Under the pieces are notes generated by a model. That model had not been told where the DNA came from, searched no databases, and saw only the letters and a program-made list of their open reading frames with translations. This document shows positions 29,901-41,222 of a DNA stretch of 64,000 nt, one piece after another. Numbering within the stretch: position 1 is the stretch's first letter; each line of letters starts with the position of its first letter. The stretch is from Rickettsia typhi. GTDB lineage: Bacteria; Pseudomonadota; Alphaproteobacteria; Rickettsiales; UBA1997. The stretch is from positions 7,666 through 71,665 of the forward strand of contig CAMCAW010000004.1 in NCBI GenBank assembly GCA_945872855.1, in the 5' to 3' direction. The position numbers were made by a program, and so were the translations under genes.

Positions 29901-30368
29901 ATGAATCGCTTATCAAAATCAAATAAACCTCTGGAGACCAGTCCGTTAGGGCTTGGCAGTAAGGTTGTGGATAATTCTTACAATGCCATTACTGATGGAA
30001 TTGAAATTACTGTTTGGCCAGAATTTGTGGATAGCCAAGTTAATGCGCTTGGTAGTTTATTTGTTTGGACATATCGCGTTTGCATCAACAACCACAGCGA
30101 TGAAAGCGTGAAACTAATCAATCGTCACTGGCGCATTATTGATGAACAAGGCGTACTGCAAGAAGTTGATGGTGCTGGCGTCGTTGGTGAACAACCGCAA
30201 ATTGCCGCAGGAAGCGCCTTCCAATATAGCAGCGGCGTGCATTTACGCTATCCTTCAGGAATAATGTCGGGCCATTATCAATTACAAAAAGATAATGGCG
30301 AGCTTTTCGACGCCAAGATTCCCGCCTTCTCGCTCGATGTTCCAACAATAAAAAATATCGTCAACTAG
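29901..30368 (+). CDS. apaG: ApaG (DUF525) protein
   Basis: FVWTYRVCINNHSDESVKLINRHWRIIDEQG..EVDGAGVVGEQPQIAAGSAFQYSSG......G.M.GHYQ aligns well with E. coli ApaG. It has an N-terminal extension of about 25 aa. Confidence 0.85.
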   Translation: MNRLSKSNKPLETSPLGLGSKVVDNSYNAITDGIEITVWPEFVDSQVNALGSLFVWTYRVCINNHSDESVKLINRHWRIIDEQGVLQEVDGAGVVGEQPQIAAGSAFQYSSGVHLRYPSGIMSGHYQLQKDNGELFDAKIPAFSLDVPTIKNIVN

Positions 30369-30370
30369 CG

Positions 30371-30994
30371 ATGAAAATTCTTGCCTTCGACACCAGCAAC
30401 GGCGCGCTTTCTATCGCACTTCTTGAGGATAAAAAAGTTCTGCAATTTATCGATATTCAAGAAAATGGAAAACAGGCCGAATTGTTGGTGACGCTGATCG
30501 AAGAGGTTTTGCACCACAATAAAATTTGGTATCAAGATATAGATTTAATCGCCACCACCAAAGGCCCCGGAAGCTTCACAGGCGTGAGAATCGGCCTCTC
30601 CTGTGCCCGCGCCCTCAAACTAGCTACCAACTTGCCGCTAATTCTCTTAGATTCACTCTTAATAATCGCCCACAAACACCGCAATCATAACGGTCCAATC
30701 CTTGCCGCCATTGATGCCAAGATGGATGAGTTTTTTATAGCAGAATTTTTTGCAGAAGACGGAGAGCTGCGCCGACTTACAGAATCAAGGCTTGCAACCC
30801 AAGAAGAATTCGCGAAAATTTCCCTAGAGCATAATTTTATTTGCGGCAGCGCAAAAAACCCCACAGAAAATGTAAGCGCCGACTTAATCGGCCAAATAGC
30901 ACATGAAGAATTTTTAACCAAAGGAAATTCTAGCAACGCAGACCCCGCCTACCTCCGCATGCCAAGAATCAGCAAAAGAAAAGACTCAAAATAA
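30371..30994 (+). CDS. tsaB: tRNA threonylcarbamoyladenosine biosynthesis protein TsaB (YeaZ)
   Basis: MKILAFDTSNGALSIALLED... and GPGSFTGVRIGLSCARAL are typical of TsaB. Confidence 0.8.
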   Translation: MKILAFDTSNGALSIALLEDKKVLQFIDIQENGKQAELLVTLIEEVLHHNKIWYQDIDLIATTKGPGSFTGVRIGLSCARALKLATNLPLILLDSLLIIAHKHRNHNGPILAAIDAKMDEFFIAEFFAEDGELRRLTESRLATQEEFAKISLEHNFICGSAKNPTENVSADLIGQIAHEEFLTKGNSSNADPAYLRMPRISKRKDSK

Positions 30995-31184
30995 AAAGAT
31001 TTTAGGAAGAAGTAGGGCAATCTAGAGAGAAGAAAAAGAGCCCTCCGAAGAAGAGAAGCAGAGCAATCTAGAGAGGAGAGGAGAAAAGCAGCCAACTAAG
31101 AAACCAGCGTTGCGTAAGTGCAGCGAAAGCACGCCGTCCCCCTTGGGGGATTTAGGGGGTTTTAAAACCCATGGTTGCAAACCA

Positions 31185-31259
31185 TGGAGGCCGGGGTCGG
31201 AATCGAACCGACGCATAAAAGCTTTGCAGGCTCTCGCATTACCACTTTGCTACCCAGCC
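31185..31259 (-). tRNA. tRNA-Cys (anticodon GCA), CCA encoded
   Basis: The reverse complement folds as a cloverleaf. Acceptor is GGCTGGG/CCCGGCC (one G-U pair), anticodon stem AGAGC/GCTTT with loop CTGCAAA, T-arm GTCGG-TTCGATT-CCGAC, and discriminator U. Confidence 0.9.
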
Positions 31260-31421
31260 TTGTTTCAGGGAAAGGCAAATATAAACATCAAAATCAATAT
31301 TACAAGTTTTGGCTTCATTTTAAAATTTAGCGCAATAATAATGATAGGCTATTTTTAATAATTTACGCACTCATCGCTGCATTTAAGGCAGCATTCTTGT
31401 GCACCATAACATATCCTACAA

Positions 31422-32645
31422 ATGCTCTCAGGCCTTTATTCTCAAAGCTTTAAAAACATTCTTGTTAATCCAATTTCGAAAGATTTGTTACAAAAATATC
31501 AAACTTTAATCAGAAAAATTAAAGATCAAAAGTTGGCGATGATTGATATTATTTTTAACGAAAATGATTTAGAGGAATTCAAAAAACTTGCGCAAAAAAT
31601 TTCTAAATATAAAAAAGTATTAGTGCTGGGCGTTGGCGGCTCTAGTCTTGGTGGCAAAACTCTGACATCGCTAAAATTCCAGAATAAATTACAATTTTTA
31701 GAATCAATTGACCCCGCAACAATCCATAATGCTTTAGAAGAAACCGATTTAAAAAATACCTTTTTTCTAGTTATAAGTAAATCTGGCGAAACTATCGAAA
31801 CTATCTGCCAAGCCTTGATTTTGCTGGATAAACTGCAGCAAGAAAAAACCCACGATTTTGCCAAACAATTTTTATTCATCACCGAATCAAACCAAAATTC
31901 TATCGCAAAAATCGCACAAGAAATTGGCGCTGAAATCTTTCCTCATCCGCAAAATATTGGCGGACGTTATTCGTGTTTTTCTGTTGTTGGCCTTTTGCCG
32001 GCAATGCTTTGCGGCGCTGATGCCGAAAAAATTCGTAGTGGCGCCAAAAAAATTCTCGCTCATTTTTTAGACAGCGAGCATAACGAAATTTTGCAATCAT
32101 GCGAAATGCAGCTAGGCCTTTATCGCCAAGGCTTCACCAGCAATGTTGTGATGCCCTATATCGACAATCTCAAAAATTTTACCGATTGGTATCGCCAACT
32201 TTGGGCCGAATCTTTGGGCAAACATCACTTTGGCTCAACCCCGATCAACTCAATGGGCACGGTCGATCAGCATAGTCAATTGCAACTTTATCTTGATGGT
32301 CCAAAAAATAAATTTTTTACTTTTTTCACGCAAAAAAATCATCCTCAAAACTTCGATATTAAAGATCAAAAAAATTGCCTAACATTATTTGGTGGCAAAA
32401 AATTAAGCGAGATCGTTGAGGTTGAGCAGTCTACAACCATAGAGGTTCTCAACCAACAAAAATTACCAATTCGACTTTTTTCTATCGATCAATTAGATGA
32501 AGAAGTTTTGGGTGGCCTGATGATGCAGATGTTTTTGGAAGTAATTTTGATCGCCGATTTTAAAGGCATCAATCCGTTTGACCAACCAGCTGTTGAGTTG
32601 CGCAAAGATCTAGCGAAAAAAATTCTTGCTTCGAACAAAATCTAA
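31422..32645 (+). CDS. pgi: Glucose-6-phosphate isomerase (short bacterial type)
   Basis: VLGVGGSSLGGKTL, LVISKSGETIET, GGRYSCFSVVGLLPA and DQHSQLQLYLDGP motifs. Confidence 0.85.
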   Translation: MLSGLYSQSFKNILVNPISKDLLQKYQTLIRKIKDQKLAMIDIIFNENDLEEFKKLAQKISKYKKVLVLGVGGSSLGGKTLTSLKFQNKLQFLESIDPATIHNALEETDLKNTFFLVISKSGETIETICQALILLDKLQQEKTHDFAKQFLFITESNQNSIAKIAQEIGAEIFPHPQNIGGRYSCFSVVGLLPAMLCGADAEKIRSGAKKILAHFLDSEHNEILQSCEMQLGLYRQGFTSNVVMPYIDNLKNFTDWYRQLWAESLGKHHFGSTPINSMGTVDQHSQLQLYLDGPKNKFFTFFTQKNHPQNFDIKDQKNCLTLFGGKKLSEIVEVEQSTTIEVLNQQKLPIRLFSIDQLDEEVLGGLMMQMFLEVILIADFKGINPFDQPAVELRKDLAKKILASNKI

Positions 32646-32652
32646 AAAATTC

Positions 32653-33147
32653 ATGACAATAAATTTTAGACAAAATCAGATATTATTTTTTCTAATTTTT
32701 GCTTCTGCCTTCGCTTTATTGCTCGCCTATATCAGTCAATATTTTTTTGGTCTACAACCTTGCAATCTCTGCCTCTATGAACGTAAACCATTTTTTGCAG
32801 TCATTGCAATTTGTCTATTGATTTTAGTATTTTTTAGAGAGAAAAAAGCCAAGAAATTCGCAATTTTTCTCTCAATGTTTTTTCTATTAATCAACGCCGC
32901 AATTGCAATTTATCACACTGGTATAGAAAAAAAAATCTTCAAACTTTCTGAAAGCTGCAACTCAACAATCCCCGAAAATTACAATTCTATCGAAGAGCTA
33001 AAACAGCTCATAGCTCACGCTCCTCTAGCTCGCTGCGACGAACCGCAATTCTTTTTCCTTGGTCTCTCAATGGCATCGTGGAATATTTTCTATTGCCTAG
33101 GATTATTTGTCACAACGCTATTTCTCCACCGCAAAACCAAAAGCTAA
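32653..33147 (+). CDS. DsbB-family disulfide bond formation protein
   Basis: 164 aa with 4 TM segments. There is a first Cys pair CNLC followed by YER, and a second periplasmic pair (C...ARC). Start is ATG 32653, which avoids overlap with pgi. Confidence 0.65.
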   Translation: MTINFRQNQILFFLIFASAFALLLAYISQYFFGLQPCNLCLYERKPFFAVIAICLLILVFFREKKAKKFAIFLSMFFLLINAAIAIYHTGIEKKIFKLSESCNSTIPENYNSIEELKQLIAHAPLARCDEPQFFFLGLSMASWNIFYCLGLFVTTLFLHRKTKS

Positions 33148-33235
33148 ACACAGCCACAAAACTTACCGCCACGCACACAAAAAATAAAAGAAGCACCACA
33201 CCGCAGCCCCACTGAATATATAAGCCACCAAAAAA

Positions 33236-33346
33236 ATCCCAAAATAGGTGAAAGCCCTCTCCCGATATCCTCTGAACCGAGTTCGGCGCGCCGCTGTCTG
33301 AGGGGCAGAGGATATCGGGAGGGGGCTTTCACCGCCCACAAGATCT
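33236..33346. repeat. Palindromic intergenic element, copy 4 (subfamily B, inverted orientation)
   Basis: Arms 33247-33274 (ggtgaaagccctctcccgatatcctctg) and 33306-33333 (cagaggatatcgggagggggctttcacc) flank aaccgagttcggcgcgccgctgtctgagggg. That core is the reverse complement of the core in copies 1, 2 and 5. The terminus gcccacaagatc equals the reverse complement of the copy-2 terminus. Confidence 0.85.
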
Positions 33347-33421
33347 TTACATTTAAAGACAACAATAATAAAATCCCCAAGCAACCCAATCCCAGCGCGC
33401 TTTTATAAGACAAAAACAAAG

Positions 33422-35626
33422 ATGCCAACAAACCAAAAATCACATTTCGACACAATAATAATCGGCGCTGGACACGCCGGAATCGAAGCCGCCTGCGCCT
33501 CTGCAAGAATGGGCGCCAAAACTTTGCTAGTCACCAAAAGCATAGAAAATCTTGGCGAAATGTCATGCAACCCCGCAATTGGCGGCGTCGCAAAAGGCAC
33601 AATCGTAAGAGAAATTGACGCGCTAGATGGCGTAATGGGCCGCGCCATCGACAAAGCCGGAATTCACTTTCGCATTCTCAATGCCTCCAAGGGCCCCGCC
33701 GTACACTCACCGCGCGCGCAAGCCGATCGGGCACTCTACAAAAAAGCCATCAAACAAATTCTGCGCGAAGAATATTTAGAAGATGAAAGCGCAAAAAAAA
33801 TTAGCGAAGATTCTGCCGTTAAAAACCCTAAAACCCTTGATAATGCTGACTTTGCCAAGAATTATTCTAGTGCCAACTCGCTCCAAAAACTTAATTCGCT
33901 TGATGACAACAACTCTTCTTGCAACAAAAAAAATCTCACAATAATTTTTGCCTCAGTCGAAGATCTTGAAATCAAAGATAGAGCCATATCAGCAGTGCTT
34001 CTAGACAATGGACAACAAATTTCTTGTCACTCATTAGTTCTCACCACTGGCACTTTTTTGAACGGAATAATTCACATCGGCGATCAAAAAACTCCTGCTG
34101 GCAGAATTGGCGAGAAACCGTCTTGCAGCATTTCTGAAAAACTGGCGCAACATAATTTTGCACTGGGAAGGCTTAAAACAGGCACTCCGCCGCGCATTTT
34201 AAAAAGCTCGATAAATTATAGTGCACTCGAAGAACAGGCTGGGGACAAGCCTCCGCAGCCTTTTTCTTACCTCAATGAAAAAGTTGAAGCGCCACAAATT
34301 TCTTGCTTCATCACTTATAGCAACCAAAAAACTCACGAGATTATCGCGCAAAATTTGCAAAAATCCGCAATGTATGGCGGCCACATCGCCTCTAGTGGCC
34401 CGCGCTATTGCCCCTCGATCGAAGATAAAATTCATCGCTTTGCAGATAAAGAGCGCCACCAGATTTTCTTAGAGCCAGAAGGGCTTGAGAGCGATTTAGT
34501 CTATCCAAACGGCATCTCGACTTCGCTGCCCGCCGACGTGCAAATCGAATTCTTAAAAACCATCGCAGGCCTAGAGAATTGCGTGATGACGCAGTGCGGT
34601 TATGCAATTGAATATGATTTTGTTGATCCGCGCGAATTATTGCCCACGCTTGAAACTAAAAAAATCCGCAATTTGTTTTTTGCGGGACAAATTAACGGCA
34701 CCACGGGATATGAAGAAGCCGCAGGACAAGGGCTTGTAGCAGGAATTAACGCGGCACTGAAAAGCACCAAAACAAAACTTGGCGTCAATGAAAGCGCTAA
34801 CAGAAATTTATGTGGCGCTGAAAAAAATAAATTCGGCCAAGAATTTAACGACGAAATCCATGATCGAGAATTTATCCTTGATCGCGCCTCCAGCTATATC
34901 GGCGTGATGATCGACGACCTCACCACCCTCGGCGTCTCCGAGCCCTACCGCATGCTCACCTCGCGCGCCGAATATCGCCTCAACCTGCGCGCCGACAACG
35001 CCGATCTCCGCCTCACCGAGCGCGGCATCGCCATTGGCTGCATTGGCCTCAAGCGCAAAAATTTCTTCCACGATAAAAAAAGCAAACTCGATCACGCCAC
35101 AAATTTGCTAAAAAATCTATCTATTTCGCCAAAAAAACTAGTCAACTTCAACATCGCGATGAAGCAAGACGGCGTAGTGCGCTCAGCTTTTCAACTTTTG
35201 TCTTTTCCAGAAATAAATCCGATTGCAAGAAGCAATAATTCTGAAAGCAAAAATTTAATAACCATTGAAGAATCAGGTGAAGAAGTTGCTGTAAAAAAAG
35301 AATTTACCTTCGAAAAACTAGAAAAAATTTGGCCAGAAGAAATCGCCACAATCGATAGCAACACCAAAAAACAAATTGCCATTGAGGCTCTCTACCAGCC
35401 ATACATAAGGCGCCAAGACCAAGATATAGAAATCCTGCGCCAAGATGAAAATATAAAAATCCCGCTAAATTTAGACTATAACAGCATCCAAAGCCTTTCC
35501 AACGAAGTGCGCGAAAAACTCAACAGAGCCCGCCCAGCCAATGTTGGTGCAGCTTTACGCATTCAAGGAATTACCCCCGCGGCGATGATGGCAGTTATTG
35601 TCTATATTAGAAATATCGAGAAATAG
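33422..35626 (+). CDS. mnmG: tRNA uridine 5-carboxymethylaminomethyl modification enzyme MnmG (GidA), with lineage-specific insertions
   Basis: [59 protein letters not shown] and [18 protein letters not shown] are present. At 734 aa it is about 100 aa longer than the E. coli enzyme. Confidence 0.95.
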   Translation: MPTNQKSHFDTIIIGAGHAGIEAACASARMGAKTLLVTKSIENLGEMSCNPAIGGVAKGTIVREIDALDGVMGRAIDKAGIHFRILNASKGPAVHSPRAQADRALYKKAIKQILREEYLEDESAKKISEDSAVKNPKTLDNADFAKNYSSANSLQKLNSLDDNNSSCNKKNLTIIFASVEDLEIKDRAISAVLLDNGQQISCHSLVLTTGTFLNGIIHIGDQKTPAGRIGEKPSCSISEKLAQHNFALGRLKTGTPPRILKSSINYSALEEQAGDKPPQPFSYLNEKVEAPQISCFITYSNQKTHEIIAQNLQKSAMYGGHIASSGPRYCPSIEDKIHRFADKERHQIFLEPEGLESDLVYPNGISTSLPADVQIEFLKTIAGLENCVMTQCGYAIEYDFVDPRELLPTLETKKIRNLFFAGQINGTTGYEEAAGQGLVAGINAALKSTKTKLGVNESANRNLCGAEKNKFGQEFNDEIHDREFILDRASSYIGVMIDDLTTLGVSEPYRMLTSRAEYRLNLRADNADLRLTERGIAIGCIGLKRKNFFHDKKSKLDHATNLLKNLSISPKKLVNFNIAMKQDGVVRSAFQLLSFPEINPIARSNNSESKNLITIEESGEEVAVKKEFTFEKLEKIWPEEIATIDSNTKKQIAIEALYQPYIRRQDQDIEILRQDENIKIPLNLDYNSIQSLSNEVREKLNRARPANVGAALRIQGITPAAMMAVIVYIRNIEK

Positions 35627-35634
35627 CGATTTTC

Positions 35635-36405
35635 TTAAGAAATTCCCAAAATCTTATGCATCTGCAACGAAACCCGTGCACCTTGCCTCGCCGCCAATTC
35701 CAACACTCGCGCCATATTCGCACGGTTTTTCTCAACATCATATTCATCCATCGGCTGCAAATAAACTGGAATATTATAAATGCTCTGCCCAACATCTGCA
35801 AACCCTTGATAGCCAAGCTTTGATGCTGAAATTATAAATTTAATCGCATCCAAGCGCGCCAATAAATCACCACGAATTTTATGATAACCAAAAGCATCGA
35901 ACTCTTCACTTTCGCGATCTTTTGCCACATGCTTCGCGCCTACATTTTTTGGCGAACAAATAATTTTTACCTCAGGCGGCAATTCGCGAAACAGCGTGCC
36001 ATTGGTTTCAATTTGCACTAAAAATCCATGCTCTATCAATTCCTTGCAAAGCCTCTCAATCGGCTGACGAAGCGGCTCGCCACCAGTTATAACCACCAAA
36101 TTTCGTAGGAGCTTTTCTTGCGAAGCCTCATTTCTATTATTATCAAAGCCCACCAGACCTTCTTGCGTCTCATTCTTCGCCAATTGTAAAATCTGCGTGA
36201 TAATTTTTGAAAGAGACATTGATGCAAATGAATCAAATTCCGTATCGCAAAAATCACAAGCCAAATTACAGCCGCCAAGCCTCACAAATACCGACGGATA
36301 GCCAACAAATGGCCCTTCTCCCTGAAAAGTTGCAAAAATTTCCTGCACCGCAAGACTAGAGCCATCGTGATTTTCAGGCTTCAAGATTTTGTTTTTTCCA
36401 AACAT
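35635..36405 (-). CDS. queE: 7-carboxy-7-deazaguanine synthase (radical SAM)
   Basis: EIFATFQGEGPFVGYPSVFVRLGGCNLACDFCDTEF carries the QueE-type CxxxCxxC cluster motif. Confidence 0.85.
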   Translation of the reverse strand: MFGKNKILKPENHDGSSLAVQEIFATFQGEGPFVGYPSVFVRLGGCNLACDFCDTEFDSFASMSLSKIITQILQLAKNETQEGLVGFDNNRNEASQEKLLRNLVVITGGEPLRQPIERLCKELIEHGFLVQIETNGTLFRELPPEVKIICSPKNVGAKHVAKDRESEEFDAFGYHKIRGDLLARLDAIKFIISASKLGYQGFADVGQSIYNIPVYLQPMDEYDVEKNRANMARVLELAARQGARVSLQMHKILGIS

Positions 36406-36467
36406 TATTTGCTAATTTTTTCGCTATTTTTAGAGCCAAATCTAGTTGTTAATTGATCAATGCAGCT

Positions 36468-36947
36468 CTAGTCACCAATACGCTCTTTCTGATAAGTCTC
36501 GCGATCTATCTCTACAATATCCACCGAAAGATCGCAGCGCTTGTTCGCCAACTCACTATTTTGCATCGGCATCGCCACATTAGGAGTTCCTGTGATTAAA
36601 TCTGCAACTTGCTCTGCAACCGCAATAATTTGATCCGCTCCAGTGGGAGAAGCAATAAAATCACCGAAAAACCTCTTCAGATGCTCCATAACAAGCTTCG
36701 CCAACCTTTGCCTAACCTCAACCGCTCTCCCCGCCAAAATCTTGATTGTAATATGCAAAAAAGCTGATTTATTTTGATTTAACGAACCAACTAAATATTC
36801 ATCAAAACTTACTGCCCTAGCCTTGCACTGTTCTAAATCAAAATTACCCTCTTTAATTGAGGCCATAATATTTTGAATCTCAGGAAAAAGCTTCGCGATT
36901 CCATTAGCAGAAAAATTCGATGAATGTTCAATAGTGATATGAGGCAT
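36468..36947 (-). CDS. 5-carboxymethyl-2-hydroxymuconate isomerase (CHMI)-family tautomerase-like protein
   Basis: The MPHITIEHSSN start (catalytic Pro1 context) and FLHITIKILAGRAVEVRQ resemble E. coli HpcD (MPHFIVECSDN..., FVHMTLKIGAGRSLESRQ). Confidence 0.55.
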   Translation of the reverse strand: MPHITIEHSSNFSANGIAKLFPEIQNIMASIKEGNFDLEQCKARAVSFDEYLVGSLNQNKSAFLHITIKILAGRAVEVRQRLAKLVMEHLKRFFGDFIASPTGADQIIAVAEQVADLITGTPNVAMPMQNSELANKRCDLSVDIVEIDRETYQKERIGD

Positions 36948-37057
36948 ATGTTAGTTTGGTTTTTAGATTCTATAAGAAAAAAGTTATGAAGAAGCTTGTC
37001 CTTAGGACGTTTTAAAACTTTCTTCTTGCAGAATCTAAACCTTCCAGAAATTTAAAC

Positions 37058-37094
37058 AACAAAAAAGGGGACTGAAAATTAATTCGATCCCCTT
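37058..37094 (-). terminator. Candidate intrinsic terminator downstream of 16S rRNA
   Basis: On the minus strand: AAGGGGA, a 16-nt loop, TCCCCTT, then TTTTGTT. The stem spans 37065-37071 and 37088-37094. It lies about 120 nt past the 16S 3' end and before the next gene. Confidence 0.4.
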
Positions 37095-37106
37095 AAAATT
37101 TTGATT

Positions 37107-37153
37107 CGTGATTTGTGTTCTTATGAAACTAGAGGCAAAAATAAAGACGATAG
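37107..37153 (-). other. 16S rRNA 3'-flank half of the precursor processing stem
   Basis: The sequence cgtgatttgtgttcttatgaaactagaggcaaaaataaagacgatag is the near-perfect inverted complement of 38790-38839 on the other side of the 16S gene. Confidence 0.6.
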
Positions 37154-37211
37154 CCGCTTCGTAAAAAGCGTATTACAATTGAAATTCAAGTCCGAAGACG
37201 ATTTCTTACTT

Positions 37212-38702
<1,491 letters not shown>

Positions 38703-38789
38703 GAGAAAATGATTCCGACTATATAAATCTTAAAACTCTGGACCCTAAAGGCCAAAGAGTTAAGGATAGTCATACTTTTAACTGACGGA

Positions 38790-38839
38790 CTATCGCCTTA
38801 ATCTTTGCCTCTTGTTTCATAAAAACACAAATATTCACG
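38790..38839 (-). other. 16S rRNA 5'-leader half of the precursor processing stem
   Basis: ctatcgccttaatctttgcctcttgtttcataaaaacacaaatattcacg. Its reverse complement matches 37107-37153 apart from a 2-nt indel and a few substitutions. Confidence 0.6.
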
Positions 38840-38965
38840 ATGTAAAAGAGCTAATTTTTAAATTCCTGTTTGGAAGTTCTCACTTAGAAATTTTCTTCTA
38901 GATATTGGGAGCGACTCGAGAGCCTCAAAACCAATAAACATACACGAAAAAAAGCGAGGGCAAAT

Positions 38966-38994
38966 ACAATAATCCGTCTAAAATTAAATGTCAA
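38966..38994 (-). promoter_or_regulatory. Candidate sigma70-type rRNA promoter (TTGACA-17 nt-TATTGT)
   Basis: The minus strand reads cctgTTGACAtttaattttagacggatTATTGTatttg. The -35 box is at 38994-38989 and the -10 box at 38971-38966. An A/T-rich stretch lies upstream, and the promoter is about 265 nt upstream of the mature 16S 5' end. Confidence 0.45.
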
Positions 38995-39084
38995 CAGGCT
39001 AGGTCAAAAATTTTTCTAACTGGTGCGGAAGCTAGGAAATACAGGAGCTGTTGGCGCTATGATAAAGCTTTATTGAAAAAAAAT

Positions 39085-40110
39085 TTAATTTTTCTTTAAG
39101 AATTCTTGCAAAAAAATTGCAAATAATAGTTTTGGAGAGGTTGTTGAGGTGGTTTTGATCTTTATTTCTAATTCTTGTATGGCTTGGAGCCATGTATTTA
39201 GGCGCTCTAGCGTTATTGATTTTAAATTTTTGCGGAATTCTGCTTCAACTTTGAAGAATAGTTTTTGGTTTTTTATAGCAGCCTCGAAGTCAATAACAGC
39301 AACATCTGTGGCGATTTTGGCGTGGTAGAGTTTTTGTAGATAATTTGATAAAAAACGAATTAGCGTGATAGCATCAAAACCATTTTTGAGCAGGTATTGC
39401 GCCTGTTCGTCGGCTATTGCGTAGTTTTTGCTAATGAAATTATTAATGAATTCGTTGGTAGAAATTATGGCTTGAGCATCGATTGCGCGGTCGATTAGAT
39501 CGGGCTCGATGTCGGCGCCGTCTAGGTAGATGGCGATTTTTCTGATTTCGTTAGCGATGATTTGGCGATTTTTTCCGAGCTTGTCGAATAGGTGCTGAAT
39601 GCAATCTGGCTGCGGCTCGATCTCGTTTTTTTGCAGCTCGGCTTCGATGAATTTTTTGATGGCGCGTTCGTCGTCTTCATAGCAGGCGATGGCTGCGAAG
39701 CTGTTATATTCTTCGGCAGCCTTACGTAGTGGCGAGCCTTTATCGAGATCTCCCGCTTGAATTAGAATGAAGTTTTCGCTTTTTACAACTCCATCTTTGT
39801 CGGCGAGTAGCGATTTTAGGGCTGCGGCGGCAGTTGCGTCAGGATCTTTTATAAGAATTAATTTGCGACCGCCAAGCATTGAGAAAGAATAAAATTCATC
39901 GGCGAGACAAGAACTGTCTTGCGCGAAACGGTCTTTACTAAGATTAACCACAAGAAATGGATCGGATAAATTTGGCGTAATTTTTTGCGCGATGGTTTTT
40001 ATGTTGTGCGAGATAACGCTCTCTTCAGGGCCGAAAATCAAGGCTCCAGCGATTTTTGTATTGGCGATATTTTGTATATATTGATCGATTTGGTAAGGAG
40101 GGATTTTCAT
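39085..40110 (-). CDS. holA: DNA polymerase III subunit delta
   Basis: 341 aa. The N-terminal pattern (YQIDQYIQN....AGALIFGPEESVI), length and all-helical C-terminus fit HolA. Start is coupled to the tilS stop (TAATG overlap). Confidence 0.55.
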   Translation of the reverse strand: MKIPPYQIDQYIQNIANTKIAGALIFGPEESVISHNIKTIAQKITPNLSDPFLVVNLSKDRFAQDSSCLADEFYSFSMLGGRKLILIKDPDATAAAALKSLLADKDGVVKSENFILIQAGDLDKGSPLRKAAEEYNSFAAIACYEDDERAIKKFIEAELQKNEIEPQPDCIQHLFDKLGKNRQIIANEIRKIAIYLDGADIEPDLIDRAIDAQAIISTNEFINNFISKNYAIADEQAQYLLKNGFDAITLIRFLSNYLQKLYHAKIATDVAVIDFEAAIKNQKLFFKVEAEFRKNLKSITLERLNTWLQAIQELEIKIKTTSTTSPKLLFAIFLQEFLKKN

Positions 40111-41219
40111 TATGCTGTAAATATTTTTCCTAAAATCGTGCGGAAATAAAATTGCGGCTTTGCCTTTTTATTTTTTATGCTAACCAAAAACCTTCCATCA
40201 ATCAACGTAGTTTTTTCATCGAAATTTTGAGCAGGATTTTGCGCCTCCGTTTCATCGCGATAGATTTCTAACGCTTGATTCCCTAGGCTTAAAGCCATAC
40301 AACCATAGAAGTTTTTCTTTTTCCCTTTGGGTAAATTTAGAATATTGTTCTCGAAATTTTTTAGGCCATCTAGGCGCGGCTTATAAGAATTTCCACTAAC
40401 TTCAATTAATGTTAGGCTAAGAATTTTTTGCGCAATATTTGTAGGAATTTTTTGGTAATTTTTTAGATTTACAACAAAACTTCCTTCCGCCTTAAAAGCT
40501 AGACAAAAAGCGGCTTCGCGCAACAAAATATCATCGATAAAATCTTTGCTTTCTTTGATAACTTCTGTCGCGCTTTTAATGCGTTTTTGAATTAAATTTT
40601 TCTCTTCAAAGCTATCAAAAAATTTGCGGATTTTATTGCGTAAGAATTTCTCGTCTTCATTTGACTCGTCTTCAAACCATTTAATTTTTTTGGCTTGCAG
40701 GAAGTTTTTTAACTCATCTTTTGAAGTATTTAATAATGGTCGGCAGAGCTTTATTTTCTTGCGTTGTGAGACTTCTTGCATTGCCGACAATCCATCTAAT
40801 TGGCTGCCGCGAAACAAGCGGATTAGAAAATTTTCTGCAACGTCTCCTAGGTGATGCCCCAAAAATAAATGTTCGATTTTATTTTTACTGCAGAAGCTGT
40901 AGAGCAGTTCGTAGCGGGCTTCTCGAAGATTGGCTTCGACGTTACTTTTTGGTAACGCCTCTGGATTTAATGCTAAAATTTGATGAGTGATTTTACTTTT
41001 TATTAAAAACTTGTGAAGGCTATCAGCCTCTACTGACGAGGCTTTGCGCATTTTGTGATCGATGGTAACGGCGAATAATTTGATGTTATTTTTTGCACAG
41101 AAATCGTGCAGCAAAAATGTTAGGGCCAAAGAATCAATTCCTCCAGAAACTGCTACAGCAAAGGATTTGGGGAGCTTGGTAAAATTATTTTGGAAAAAAT
41201 TATTGATAATATTCTGCAA
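40110..41219 (-). CDS. tilS: tRNA(Ile)-lysidine synthase
   Basis: PP-loop motif FAVAVSGGIDSLAL plus LGHHLGDVAENFLIRLFRGS. TTG start. Confidence 0.85.
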   Translation of the reverse strand: MQNIINNFFQNNFTKLPKSFAVAVSGGIDSLALTFLLHDFCAKNNIKLFAVTIDHKMRKASSVEADSLHKFLIKSKITHQILALNPEALPKSNVEANLREARYELLYSFCSKNKIEHLFLGHHLGDVAENFLIRLFRGSQLDGLSAMQEVSQRKKIKLCRPLLNTSKDELKNFLQAKKIKWFEDESNEDEKFLRNKIRKFFDSFEEKNLIQKRIKSATEVIKESKDFIDDILLREAAFCLAFKAEGSFVVNLKNYQKIPTNIAQKILSLTLIEVSGNSYKPRLDGLKNFENNILNLPKGKKKNFYGCMALSLGNQALEIYRDETEAQNPAQNFDEKTTLIDGRFLVSIKNKKAKPQFYFRTILGKIFTA

Positions 41220-41222
41220 ATT

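Noticed and set aside
33144-33506. Small ORFs running through the palindromic elements (33144-33506, 33163-33384, 24471-24700, 22479-22856)
   Set aside because: They exist only because the GC-richer palindromes lack stop codons. Similar peptide fragments (for example RTRFRGYR) recur simply because the DNA repeat recurs. They have no start context and overlap better-supported genes.
36948-37211. Looked for ITS tRNA-Ile/tRNA-Ala and the start of 23S downstream of 16S
   Set aside because: There are no cloverleaf candidates and no 23S 5' consensus. The region holds only the processing-stem half and a terminator-like hairpin before a protein gene.
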